64,000 nt of DNA from an uncultured Syntrophobacterales bacterium (GCA_964630405.1 CAZVUC010000092.1:7174-71173); one strand, 5' to 3'. Shown: positions 36,213 through 45,782, counted from the first letter of the stretch. Translations and numbers: made by a program. Notes: generated by a model not told the origin, from the sequence alone.

Positions 36213-37262
36213 ATGCGCTGGCCTTGGCAAAGAAGGGAGACGCGGGCGGACAGTTCCTACACCGACGCGCTGGTTGCGGCCATCACCGCCAACGCCAGCG
36301 GGCAGAGCACGGCCTTCCCTACCGCTACCGCGGCCCTGGAGGCGTGCGCTGGTTTCGTCGGCCGGGCGTTCGCGGCGGCCGAGGTATCGGCGCCGGCCAT
36401 GTACCGGGATGCCCTGGATCCGGCCTGCATGGCCCTGATCGGCCGGGCGCTCGTGCGGCGAGGCGAGTTGGTGCTCTTCATCGACGTCATGGACGGCGAG
36501 CTGCGGTTGCTCCCGTGCCAGACTCACGACGTGGACGGCGACACGGACCCGTCAACCTGGACCTACCGATGCACCCTGGGCGGTCCCTCCAGGACTCGGA
36601 CGTATGAGCCGGTCCCTGCCGCCGGCGTCGTCCACGTCGCCTATGCTCGCGACCCTGAAACCCCTTGGCGCGGCTATGGACCCCTCCAGGTAGCGCTCCT
36701 GGCCGGACGGTTGAGTGCCGAGACCGTGGCGGCCCTGGCCGACGAAACGAGCGGGCCGCGCGGCCATCTGCTCCCGGTTCCCGTCGATGGCGCTGACCCT
36801 ACGGTGACGGCGCTCAAGCAGGACCTGAAGAACCTGAAGGGCAAGGCGGCGCTGGTGCAAGGCGGGGATTGGGACAACACCGGCACTGGCGGCATGGCGT
36901 CGTGGAAGCCCAACCGGATCGGCTCGAACCCGCCCGACGCGCTGGTTAAGCAGGCGGACCTTGCCACCAGGGAGGTCTACGCCGCCTGCGGCATCAACCC
37001 GGCAATCTTCCAGGACGCCCAAGGCACAGCGGCCCGGGAGGCGTACCGGCAGGCGCTGTTCGGCTTGATAGCTCCCCTGGGGCGATTGGTGGCGGCGGAG
37101 TTGAGCGAGAAGCTGGAGGCCGAAATCTCCCTGGACTGGACGGAACTGCGGGCGTCCGATATCGCCGGCCGGGCGCGGGCGTTCCAGTCCCTGGTGGGCG
37201 GCGGCATGGACGTCGCCAAGGCTGCCGCCCTGTCGGGCCTAGTGGTGACTGAGGAACCGTGA
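36213..37262 (+). CDS. phage portal protein (HK97 family)
   Basis: 'MRWPWQRR' start and about 350-aa size are typical of HK97-type portals. Family call by resemblance. Confidence 0.6.
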   Translation: MRWPWQRRETRADSSYTDALVAAITANASGQSTAFPTATAALEACAGFVGRAFAAAEVSAPAMYRDALDPACMALIGRALVRRGELVLFIDVMDGELRLLPCQTHDVDGDTDPSTWTYRCTLGGPSRTRTYEPVPAAGVVHVAYARDPETPWRGYGPLQVALLAGRLSAETVAALADETSGPRGHLLPVPVDGADPTVTALKQDLKNLKGKAALVQGGDWDNTGTGGMASWKPNRIGSNPPDALVKQADLATREVYAACGINPAIFQDAQGTAAREAYRQALFGLIAPLGRLVAAELSEKLEAEISLDWTELRASDIAGRARAFQSLVGGGMDVAKAAALSGLVVTEEP

Positions 37263-37318
37263 GCACACCGTTCTGTGAGTGTGGCCGGGCTTTCTCACCA
37301 CCGAGAGCGGTTATAGTG

Positions 37319-37675
37319 TCATCCGAAGGGGTAACGCGGCCTTGAGGTAGCAACCAGCCTCGCCAACTCTGCCCGCGGATTCGGTGCAGGAGGCTTTACC
37401 GGAGTTGCGAGCAGCCTTGCCAGCTCTGACAGCCCCTTCATTGGCCTTGTCAGCTCCCTCATTGGCCTTGTCAGCTCTGACAGCTCCCTCATCGGTCTTG
37501 CGAGCTCCCTTAGAGGATTTGTAGCTGCAACCAGCCTCGCCAACTCTGCCCGCGGATTCGGTGCAGGCTTTGAAACATGTACTGATCGGCGTGGCTCTAA
37601 TTCGGACCGGCGCCGCCAACGACCTTCAAGGACGTCAAGTCGAAAGTAAAACTCAGCTTCAGTCAGGAACGCCAT
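37319..37675 (-). CDS. repeat-containing small protein (or noncoding repeat region) next to attL
   Basis: Perfect Shine-Dalgarno 'AAGGAGGA' 7 nt before the ATG at 37675. Encodes 7-8-aa repeats (ELxRPMREL) and two 'PAPNPRAELARLVA' copies arising from a 41-bp perfect DNA direct repeat. Confidence 0.3.
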   Translation of the reverse strand: MAFLTEAEFYFRLDVLEGRWRRRSELEPRRSVHVSKPAPNPRAELARLVAATNPLRELARPMRELSELTRPMRELTRPMKGLSELARLLATPVKPPAPNPRAELARLVATSRPRYPFG

Positions 37676-37820
37676 CTTGGTTTCCTCCTTTACGGAAACT
37701 TACCATGGGCGCCGCTCCGGACACAAGCTGCGGCATTCACAGGAAAGCATACCAGTGGTAATAACCAGAAATTCAATGTAGACAATAGGTGTGTAATATC
37801 AAATAGTTATAAAGAAGTAG

Positions 37821-37896
<76 letters not shown>

Positions 37897-37926
37897 ACGA
37901 CTGGCTAAACCTAACACACGCCCCTG

Positions 37927-38415
37927 TCAATTTCCAGGTGCGGCGAATCCGAGGCGCTTGAGTTCCTCCACCATGAGCTGCTGGTGGGTGGCGGCCCAGA
38001 AGACCCGGCGGCAGCCCGGACAGTGCGAGAAGACCTCCTGAGTCTCGTACACGTAAGGCGGCACGGTGTCGGCGACCTGTTCCCTGGCGATGGGTTGCAG
38101 CGGCGAGTTGCACTCGACGCAGCGGGTCAGGAGACCGCCGAAAGGGTCCAGCCCGCATTCTTCCACCACCTGCTTCAACTGTCCGCGGAAATGGTCGTCC
38201 CGGATGAAGATGCTCTGGTCCCGATTCCGGCGGTACACCTTGCGGTCCCGGGTCAGGATGACCCGCCGCTCACTGGCTGCCGTCCGCGCCAGTCCATGGC
38301 CGGACAGATGCTGGCCGCAGATGACGTCCTGGCCGATGATCCGGAGCCACTTGGCCAGCCGCCCGAGCATCTTGTCGGCGGCGAATCTCAACGCGTCGTC
38401 CGTGCGCTCAACCAT
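37927..38415 (-). CDS. Mut7-C RNase-domain (PIN-like, DUF5615-related) protein with C-terminal zinc ribbon
   Basis: 'FAADKMLGRLAKWLRIIGQDV' is the Mut7-C N-terminal signature. 'CVECNSPL...CPGCRRV' zinc ribbon. Start chosen at the internal ATG (MVERTDD). Confidence 0.6.
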   Translation of the reverse strand: MVERTDDALRFAADKMLGRLAKWLRIIGQDVICGQHLSGHGLARTAASERRVILTRDRKVYRRNRDQSIFIRDDHFRGQLKQVVEECGLDPFGGLLTRCVECNSPLQPIAREQVADTVPPYVYETQEVFSHCPGCRRVFWAATHQQLMVEELKRLGFAAPGN

Positions 38416-38426
38416 TGCCGCGACTC

Positions 38427-38777
38427 CTACCTCGGATCGATCACCTGGTCGAGGTGGATCCAGATGACCCGGGAGTAGCGGAACAGGAACGGGGCGGACA
38501 CCACCAGCACGAGGCAGCACGCGATGTAGATAGGGGCGGCGCCGAAGCCGAGCAGCAGCATGGCGACGATCACGGGAAGGACCTCCGCGAGGGCCAGCGC
38601 GTAGCTGAAGTACATGGCGCCGACAAAGTAGCCTTGCTCACGCTCGAACTCAAGGCCGCAGACCGGGCACCGGGGATTCATCCTCAGGAGGCGGGCGAAG
38701 ATGGGGCCGGCGGCGCAGCGGGGGCAGCGGAGCCGGACGATGCCCCATAGTTTCTTACGGCGTCTCGCATATCCCAT
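38427..38777 (-). CDS. DUF983-family membrane protein with zinc ribbon
   Basis: 'RCPRCAAGPIF...RCPVCGLEFE' then two hydrophobic helices. Confidence 0.5.
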   Translation of the reverse strand: MGYARRRKKLWGIVRLRCPRCAAGPIFARLLRMNPRCPVCGLEFEREQGYFVGAMYFSYALALAEVLPVIVAMLLLGFGAAPIYIACCLVLVVSAPFLFRYSRVIWIHLDQVIDPR

Positions 38778-39888
38778 GGGTCACGCCCCCTTCGGAAGTC
38801 CCGCCGGCGGTCGTCGCGGGCAGCGCATCGAACGGATCGCCGGCGTCCCCGGCGGCGCGCACGGCCTCGATGGTCCGGCTCACTTGTCCGCCTTCCCGCC
38901 GGTAGAGTTCCTCGAACCGCTCCAGGTGGGTGACGTACAGCAGGTGCTGCAGGATCACGGCGTTGTCGAGGGGTCGGCGGCTGAAGGAAGCGTACCGGTG
39001 TCCCGGGCTTCCGGCCAGCGCCTCGCCCCACTGCCGCCGGCTTCGGGCGAACACCCGCTCGCGGCGGCTCAGCTTGTCCGCCTCGGGCGCCGGCTCCGCG
39101 TACAGCGCCCGCAGGCAGCGCGTCAGCTCCATCATCAGCCCGGAGAATTCCAGCTCTTCCCGCCACGCCCGGCGTGCGGCCTCGGCCTCGGCGCTCCCCG
39201 GACCGTGGCGCCGGACGAAAAAATCCATGGCGCCCCGCTTGCCGACGAAGTTGGCCAGGCTTTCGTTGAAGGCCACCGAGCCCTTCACGAACAGCGTGTT
39301 GTGGAGCAGCTCGTGCAGCACCACGTCCGCGAGACTCACCCGGTCGAGCTTCAGGAGGCGGCCCAGCAGCGGGTCGTCGAACCAGCCCAGGGTGCTGAAG
39401 GCGCCGGCCGTGCGGATGTTGGTGTCGTAGCCCCGGCGCGCCAGCGATTCGGCTTCCTCACGGGCGCCGTCGGGGTCGAAGTAGCCCTTGTAGGGGACAC
39501 GGCCGACGAACGGGAACCACCAGGTGTAGGGTTCGAGCGAGGTCTTGGGAACCGCCGTCAGCACGTGCAGCAGCACCGGGCGGTCCACATAGGAGTACGC
39601 CGCGTAGCTGCCGCCGACGTTCAGCCGGAGATGGTCGGCGGCATAGTCCCGGACATCCAGCACCATCTCGAGCTTGCGGCGGACGTCGGGCCCGAGCCCC
39701 TCCGTCGCCAGCATGGCGGTGATGGGCGTGCGGCGCCACAGGATCCGGCCCTCCTCGTAGGCGGCCCGGATGTAGTACTCCGCGGAGCAACCGGACAGGA
39801 CCAGCAGCAGGAGGCCCCAGACGAGTAGCCTGAGAGTCCCCGCGACCGCCCTCGCTCCCGGCGCGCGGCTAATCGACGACCGCCGCAT
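38755..39888 (-). CDS. predicted aminopeptidase lipoprotein (COG4324-like zinc peptidase)
   Basis: Lipobox 'VLSGCS' after a hydrophobic signal. 'VVLHELLHN' HExxH zinc motif. Confidence 0.6.
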   Translation of the reverse strand: MRRSSISRAPGARAVAGTLRLLVWGLLLLVLSGCSAEYYIRAAYEEGRILWRRTPITAMLATEGLGPDVRRKLEMVLDVRDYAADHLRLNVGGSYAAYSYVDRPVLLHVLTAVPKTSLEPYTWWFPFVGRVPYKGYFDPDGAREEAESLARRGYDTNIRTAGAFSTLGWFDDPLLGRLLKLDRVSLADVVLHELLHNTLFVKGSVAFNESLANFVGKRGAMDFFVRRHGPGSAEAEAARRAWREELEFSGLMMELTRCLRALYAEPAPEADKLSRRERVFARSRRQWGEALAGSPGHRYASFSRRPLDNAVILQHLLYVTHLERFEELYRREGGQVSRTIEAVRAAGDAGDPFDALPATTAGGTSEGGVTHGICETP

Positions 39889-41725
39889 CGCGTGTTCCCA
39901 GCGCGTCCGCGGCGCCGGCCTCCCCCTGGAACTGCAACTGGTGGAGCCGGTAGTACACCCCGCCCTTCTCCATCAACTCGGAGTGGGAACCCATCTCGCG
40001 GATCACGCCCCGGTGGAAGACCACGATGCGGTCGGCGTTCCGGATGGTCGAAAGGCGGTGGGCGATGACCAGGCAGGTGCGGTTGGCCATGATCTTCTCG
40101 AAGGCCCCCTGCACCAGGAACTCGGTCTCGGTGTCGACGCTGGAAGTGGCCTCGTCCAGCACCAGGATCTCCGGGTCGACGACGAACATCCGCACCAGCG
40201 CCAGGAGTTGCCGCTGTCCCGCCGACAGGTTGTTGCCCCGCTCCCGCACCGGGGCCTGCAAACCGCCCGGCAGGCGCCGGACGAAACCCTCGGCGTTGGC
40301 GTTGCGGAGAGCCCCCCGGATCCGGTCCTCGGAGACGCCCGGCTTGCCCAGCTTCAGGTTCGAAAGGATGTCGCCGGAGAACAGGAAGACGTCCTGGAGC
40401 ACCACCCCCATGTGGCGTCGCAGGGCGTCGAGGTCCCATTCACGGACGTCGCGGCCGCCCACGCGCACCGCGCCGCTGTCCACGTCGTAGAACCGGCTCA
40501 TGAGCTTGATGGTGGTGGTCTTGCCGGAACCGGTGGCGCCGATGACCGCCACCCGCTCGCCCGGCTCGATCCTGAAGGACACGCCCTTGAGCACCGGGTC
40601 TCCGGGCCGGTAGCTGAACCAGACGTCGTCGAACTCCACCGCGCCGCGGGAGGATTGGATCACGGCGGGCGTGGCAGTGGCGGCGGACCCCCGAGCGGAG
40701 TCCGGGGAAGCAGCCCCACCCGACCTCTCCGGCGGCGTATCCAGCAGTTCGAAGATGCGCTCGGCCGCGGTCATGGCTGCCTGGATCACGGCGTATTTGT
40801 TGCTGAAGTCGCGCAACGGCACGAACAGCCGGCGGATGTACTCGCTGAAGGCCACGAACGTGCCGATGCCCACGACCCCCTGCAGCACCTCGCCGCCGCC
40901 GTACCAGAGCAGCAGCGCTATGCTCAGCGAGCCCGCGGCCTCGACCATGGAGAACAGCGACGCCTCGTAGACGTTGGAGCGCCGGATGGCGTCCCGGTGG
41001 GCCCGGTTGAGGTCGTCGAACTCCTCGAAGCTCCGCTCTTGCCGGTTGAAGAGCTGGATCACGGCCATGCCCGGGATGGCTTCGCCGAGGTAGGCGTTGA
41101 CCCGGGCGATGCGCGTCCGGATCAGGCGGTAGGTCTGACGCGCCTTGACGCGGAAGACGTTGATGCCCAGCAGCAGGAAGGGCATCATCGCCAGCGACAC
41201 CAGCGCCAGCTCCAGGTGGAGCGACATCATGATGGTGACGATGGCCACGATCAGGACGATGTCGGCCACGAGGTTCATGGCGCCGGCAGCGAACATCTCC
41301 TGCAGCACCTCGACGTCCGTGGTCATGCGGGTCATCACGCGGCCCACGGGGTTGCGGTCGAAGTAGCTCATGGGCAGCCGCTGCACGTGAGAGAACACTT
41401 CCACGCGCAGGTCGGCGAGACACCGTTGGGCCACCAGCATGGACAGGTAGTACTGGAAGAAGAACGTCGCGGCTTCGGCCAGCAGCGCCGCGCCGAAGAG
41501 CACGCCGGTGGTGAGCAGCGTGAAGCCGTCACCGGCCGCGACGGCGTCGAAGCCGGTCTTGAGGAGCAGCGGCTGGACCAGGTTGAAGACCTGGTGCACC
41601 GGCAGGAGCAGCGCCGACAGGAAGAACACTTTCCGGTGCGGCCGGATGAACCGCCACAACCGCCGGGCCAGCTCTACGTCGTAGGCCTTGCCGGAAACGG
41701 TCTCCTGTTCTTCCCGGGCGTTCAT
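39869..41725 (-). CDS. ABC transporter permease/ATP-binding fusion protein (exporter, MsbA-like)
   Basis: N-terminal transmembrane region. Walker A 'GATGSGKTT', signature 'LSAGQRQ', Walker B 'LVLDEATS'. Confidence 0.75.
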   Translation of the reverse strand: MNAREEQETVSGKAYDVELARRLWRFIRPHRKVFFLSALLLPVHQVFNLVQPLLLKTGFDAVAAGDGFTLLTTGVLFGAALLAEAATFFFQYYLSMLVAQRCLADLRVEVFSHVQRLPMSYFDRNPVGRVMTRMTTDVEVLQEMFAAGAMNLVADIVLIVAIVTIMMSLHLELALVSLAMMPFLLLGINVFRVKARQTYRLIRTRIARVNAYLGEAIPGMAVIQLFNRQERSFEEFDDLNRAHRDAIRRSNVYEASLFSMVEAAGSLSIALLLWYGGGEVLQGVVGIGTFVAFSEYIRRLFVPLRDFSNKYAVIQAAMTAAERIFELLDTPPERSGGAASPDSARGSAATATPAVIQSSRGAVEFDDVWFSYRPGDPVLKGVSFRIEPGERVAVIGATGSGKTTTIKLMSRFYDVDSGAVRVGGRDVREWDLDALRRHMGVVLQDVFLFSGDILSNLKLGKPGVSEDRIRGALRNANAEGFVRRLPGGLQAPVRERGNNLSAGQRQLLALVRMFVVDPEILVLDEATSSVDTETEFLVQGAFEKIMANRTCLVIAHRLSTIRNADRIVVFHRGVIREMGSHSELMEKGGVYYRLHQLQFQGEAGAADALGTRDAAVVD

Positions 41726-41761
41726 TGGAAATACCGTGGCCTTTTCGATGGCCCTCCAGCG

Positions 41762-43510
41762 CTACAGCTCATCCAGCTCCTCCGACATCTGCTGCCGCCG
41801 GTACATCTGCGCGTAGACCCCGTCGGCACGGAGCAGCGACTCGTGGTTGCCGCGCTCGACGATGCGGCCGTCCTCCAGCACCAGAATCTCGTCGGCCTGG
41901 CTGATCACCGCCATCCGGTGGGAGACGATGATGCAGGTCTTGTCCTTGAGGACGCTCTCGAAGCCATGGAGGATCCGCTGCTCGGTCTGCGAGTCCACAC
42001 TCGAAAGGCAGTCGTCCAGGATCAGGAAGTCGGGGTCCGCCAGGATCGCCCGGGCCAGGGTGGCCCGCTGCTTCTGGCCGCCCGAGAGGGTGATGCCCCG
42101 CTCCCCCACACGGGTATCGAGACCGTCCGGGAAGACCTCCACCTCGCTCTCGAGGTCGGCTACGTCCAGGACGCGCCGGACCTCCTGCTCGCTGGCCTCG
42201 GCGTCGCCGAACTTCAGGTTCTCCTGGATGGAGGTGGAGAACAGGAAGGGGTCCTGGGGCGCGTAGCCAATGGCGCCCCGCAGCTCCTCCAGCGACAGCG
42301 ACCGGATATCGACGCCGCCCATGCGGATGGCGCCGGAGGTGACGTCGTGGAGCCGCGGGATCAGGTGCGTCAGCGTGCTCTTGCCCGACCCGGTGCGTCC
42401 GACGATGGCCACCTTGCGGCCCGGCGGCACCTCGAAGCTGATGTCCCGGAGCACGGGCTCGCGCTTGCCGTCGCCGTTGTAGGCGAAGGACACGTTGTCG
42501 AACTCGATGCCCCGCTCCCTGTCCGTCAGCGGCACCGGCCGTTCCGGATCGGCAATGGCGGGCTCGACCTCGAAGATCTCTTCCAGCCGCTCCATGGCGG
42601 CGCGGCCGCGCTCGATCAGCGAGATCATCCAGCCGAAGGCCGCCATGGGCCAGGCGAGCACGTTCAGGTACAGGATGAACGCCACCAGGTCGGCCACCCC
42701 GGTCTGGGCGCGGATGGTCAGCCAGCCGCCGTACCACAGCACCACCAGCACCGTGAGCCCGTGCAGCGCCACCATCAAGGGGTTGATCATGCCCCGGCAG
42801 CGGGCCAGGTCCATGTTGCGCCCCTGGTACTCTTCGTTGAGCTCGGTGAACCGGACCGTCTGGGGCTCCGCCTGCACGTACGCCTTGACCACGTGCATTC
42901 CGCTGAGGTCCTCCTGGACGTGGGCGCTCATGCGGGACATCTGCCGCTGGACCCGGAGCGACGCCCGCTGGATGCGCCCGCGGAACTGCCGGAACACGAA
43001 GGCCAGCAGCGTGAGGCACGCCGCCACCGCCAGCGTCAACTGCACGTTCATGGCGAACATGAACACCGCCGCGTAGACGAAGTAGAGGGGAGTGTTCACC
43101 AGGTTGAGAAACCCGGGGCCCAGCAGTTGGCGAACGGCGTTGATGTCGTTGATGGCCCGGGACATCAGGTCGCCGGTGCGCTGGGACTGGTAATAGCCCA
43201 GGGGAAGCTTCTCGAGATGGGCGAAGAGGTCGTTCCGGATGTCGTACTCGACGTTCCGGCCGGCGTTGAAGATGATGGAGCGGGAGACGCCTCGCAGCAG
43301 GCCGCCCCCGATGGCGGCCAGCGCGATCCACAGCACGTAGCCGCCCAGCTCGGAGTGGGGGTCGCCCCGCTCGATGACGTCGATGGCGCCCCGCACCCAC
43401 CACGGCACCAACATGAGCAGGCTGGTAGTGCCCACCAGGCACAACCCGCCCAGCAGATAACGGCGCCAGTACTGCCACAGATATTCGGTTAACCGTGCGA
43501 TGCCGGCCAT
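41762..43510 (-). CDS. ABC transporter permease/ATP-binding fusion protein (heterodimeric partner)
   Basis: Walker A 'GRTGSGKST', signature 'LSGGQKQR', Walker B 'LILDDCLS'. Confidence 0.75.
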   Translation of the reverse strand: MAGIARLTEYLWQYWRRYLLGGLCLVGTTSLLMLVPWWVRGAIDVIERGDPHSELGGYVLWIALAAIGGGLLRGVSRSIIFNAGRNVEYDIRNDLFAHLEKLPLGYYQSQRTGDLMSRAINDINAVRQLLGPGFLNLVNTPLYFVYAAVFMFAMNVQLTLAVAACLTLLAFVFRQFRGRIQRASLRVQRQMSRMSAHVQEDLSGMHVVKAYVQAEPQTVRFTELNEEYQGRNMDLARCRGMINPLMVALHGLTVLVVLWYGGWLTIRAQTGVADLVAFILYLNVLAWPMAAFGWMISLIERGRAAMERLEEIFEVEPAIADPERPVPLTDRERGIEFDNVSFAYNGDGKREPVLRDISFEVPPGRKVAIVGRTGSGKSTLTHLIPRLHDVTSGAIRMGGVDIRSLSLEELRGAIGYAPQDPFLFSTSIQENLKFGDAEASEQEVRRVLDVADLESEVEVFPDGLDTRVGERGITLSGGQKQRATLARAILADPDFLILDDCLSSVDSQTEQRILHGFESVLKDKTCIIVSHRMAVISQADEILVLEDGRIVERGNHESLLRADGVYAQMYRRQQMSEELDEL

Positions 43511-43758
43511 GACGGAAGAAGCCGAACCCCTTGTAAATCAGGTAGTTGAAAGCCTCACGGAAGCAGATACACCGCAAGGCGGCCAGTATTCAATCTAGCC
43601 AAGAACGTGGTGGATTACCAACCGCCTGGTACCCCTGGCCCCGCGCTCCGACCTTGACAAAAAAGCCGGGAATTGATACTGAATTGGCTTAGTTTCCCAG
43701 GTTTTTTCTCAAGAACAGACATCGTTAGCGAGTTCAACCACCTCGTCGGACGGCCCGC

Positions 43759-44412
43759 ATGTCGCGAACGGATTCACACAAGAACATGGCCGAGTTGGGA
43801 GCGCACGAAAGCAGGCTCTACTCCGACCTCGCCCCCCTTTACGACAAGACCTTCGCGAAGTTCTTCTACTCCCGCGAACGGACCGTGATACAGAACCTGC
43901 GGCTGCCGGCCGGGGCCGAGATCCTGGAAGTCGGGGTCGGCACGGGCACGTCGTTTCCCGCTTTTCCGCGGGACTGCCACGTCATCGGCGTCGATCAGGC
44001 GCCAAAAATGCTCGCCCACGCCAGGGAGAAGATCGCCAAGAACAACTGGCGCCACCTCGAAGTCATGGAGATGGACGCCTTGAACCTCACCTTTCCCGAC
44101 AACGCCTTCGACTACGTGATGGCGTTCCACGTCGTGACGGTGGTGCCCGACCCCGTCAAGATGATGTCCGAGATGCAGCGCGTCTGCCGCCCCGGCGGAA
44201 CCATCGTCATCGTCAACCACTTCACCACCGAGTCGCCTTTCTGGGGCAAGCTCACCCATTCCCTCGACCCCGTCACCCGCCGGCTGGGCTGGAGCACCAA
44301 CCTCAAGCTGAAGCCGTTCCTGGAGGAAACGGGATTCAGCGGCTGCAAGGCCTACAAGTTCTCCCGCTTCTCACTCTACACGGTGGTGGTGGGCACCAAC
44401 GACAGGGAATAG
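43759..44412 (+). CDS. class I SAM-dependent methyltransferase
   Basis: 'ILEVGVGTG' motif I. Confidence 0.65.
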   Translation: MSRTDSHKNMAELGAHESRLYSDLAPLYDKTFAKFFYSRERTVIQNLRLPAGAEILEVGVGTGTSFPAFPRDCHVIGVDQAPKMLAHAREKIAKNNWRHLEVMEMDALNLTFPDNAFDYVMAFHVVTVVPDPVKMMSEMQRVCRPGGTIVIVNHFTTESPFWGKLTHSLDPVTRRLGWSTNLKLKPFLEETGFSGCKAYKFSRFSLYTVVVGTNDRE

Positions 44413-44430
44413 ACCTCCGGGGACCGGGTC

Positions 44431-45570
44431 ATGATCGAGTGGCTCGGTATCAGCCACCTCTTCGAGCTTTCCGGGACGGAAGCGATCGCGGGGTTCTTCA
44501 CCCCGTTGGCGGTCTTCGCCGTTTTCTTCCTGGCGCAGCTCGTTCTGCCGGGAAAACGGGTCCCCGGTTACGTCATCGATCCCGAAACCGGCGAACCCCG
44601 CAGCTACCGGCTGAACGGTCTTCTGGTGTTCGCGATCGCGCTGATCGTGTGGGCTCTCGAGCTCACCGGAATGCCGCGCGATTGGTTCTACCGCTCCTCG
44701 GTCTACGCGGTGGCCGGCGGGACGGTCTTCGCCACCATCGTTACCGTCATTGCGGTGTTCAGCCGGCCGCCAGACAAGGCAAGGAACCCGCTCCTGGCCC
44801 TGTGGTTCGGGCGGGCCCAGGAGCTGTCGTTCTTCAACCAACGCTTCGACGTAAAGATGTACCTCTATGTCGTCGGCGGGACGATGTTGTCGCTCAACGC
44901 CCTGTCCGGGGCCGCGTACCACTACGAACTCTTTGGCGAAGATTCCAATCCGGGCGTTTTCCTGTATGCGGCGTTCTTCACGTTCTACATACTGGACTAC
45001 TTCATCTTCGAACGGGTCCAGCTCTACACCTACGATCTGATCCACGAGAATCTCGGCTTCAAGCTGTTCTGGGGTTGCTTCGTGGTCTACGGGTGGCTGT
45101 TCATCCTCCCGTTGTGGGGCATGGCCGCATACCCGGACCCCGGATTCTCGTCGGCATGGACGTGTGTCTGGCTCATCGGAACGGCTGCGCTGTTCCTGTT
45201 CGGGTGGGCCATCTCGCGCGGCGCCAACATGCAGAAGTACACGTTCAAGCGTTGGCCCGACCGAAAGTTTCTCGGGTTCATGGAGCCCGACTACATCGAG
45301 GCCGGCGACCGCAAGATCCTGTGCAACGGTCTCTGGGGCGTCGCCCGCCACTTCAACTACATGGGCGAAGGGTTCCTTGCCCTGTCCATCGCCCTGGCAT
45401 TCGGCTACTTCACCAACCCTTGGGCCTGGACCTACTTCGCCTTCATCGTCTCGATGTTCACCTACCGTCAACGTGATGACGACAGGCACTGTGCCGAGAA
45501 ATACGGCGCCGACAAGTGGGCGGAGTATCAGAGGCGGGTAAAGTACCGGATTTGTCCCGGCGTTTATTGA
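44431..45570 (+). CDS. ERG4/ERG24-family sterol-reductase-like polytopic membrane reductase
   Basis: Multi-pass hydrophobic protein. C-terminal 'LWGVARHFNYMGE' matches the ERG4/ERG24 / steroid 5-alpha-reductase / ICMT 'RHxxY...E' NADPH-binding signature. Confidence 0.55.
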   Translation: MIEWLGISHLFELSGTEAIAGFFTPLAVFAVFFLAQLVLPGKRVPGYVIDPETGEPRSYRLNGLLVFAIALIVWALELTGMPRDWFYRSSVYAVAGGTVFATIVTVIAVFSRPPDKARNPLLALWFGRAQELSFFNQRFDVKMYLYVVGGTMLSLNALSGAAYHYELFGEDSNPGVFLYAAFFTFYILDYFIFERVQLYTYDLIHENLGFKLFWGCFVVYGWLFILPLWGMAAYPDPGFSSAWTCVWLIGTAALFLFGWAISRGANMQKYTFKRWPDRKFLGFMEPDYIEAGDRKILCNGLWGVARHFNYMGEGFLALSIALAFGYFTNPWAWTYFAFIVSMFTYRQRDDDRHCAEKYGADKWAEYQRRVKYRICPGVY

Positions 45571-45782
45571 GAGGGGTCCCGGTTTAGGCCGCCAGACGCA
45601 CCATCGCATCTCGCCGAATGAATGGACATCCTTGAAAATTGCGCGTTGGGTGCGGGATTTTCAAGGATATCCCGCGCAGGTTCGCCGAGAAAGTGGGGAA
45701 TTCGGGGGGCGAATTGAAGTGCCACCGCTAGCGCGCGTAGTCCCCGGTCAGTCAACAAGGACCGCCGACCGTGCCTGAACCT

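Noticed and set aside
37340-37557. Possible CRISPR array
   Set aside because: Only two copies of the 41-bp repeat, with an irregular 177-bp spacer that is itself internally repetitive. No cas genes in the window.
37311-37619. 102-aa minus ORF in the repeat region
   Set aside because: Alternate frame of the Shine-Dalgarno-preceded repeat ORF. No ribosome-binding site.
39941-43492. 1183-aa plus-strand ORF
   Set aside because: Antisense to two ABC transporter genes that carry Walker A/B and LSGGQ signatures on the minus strand.
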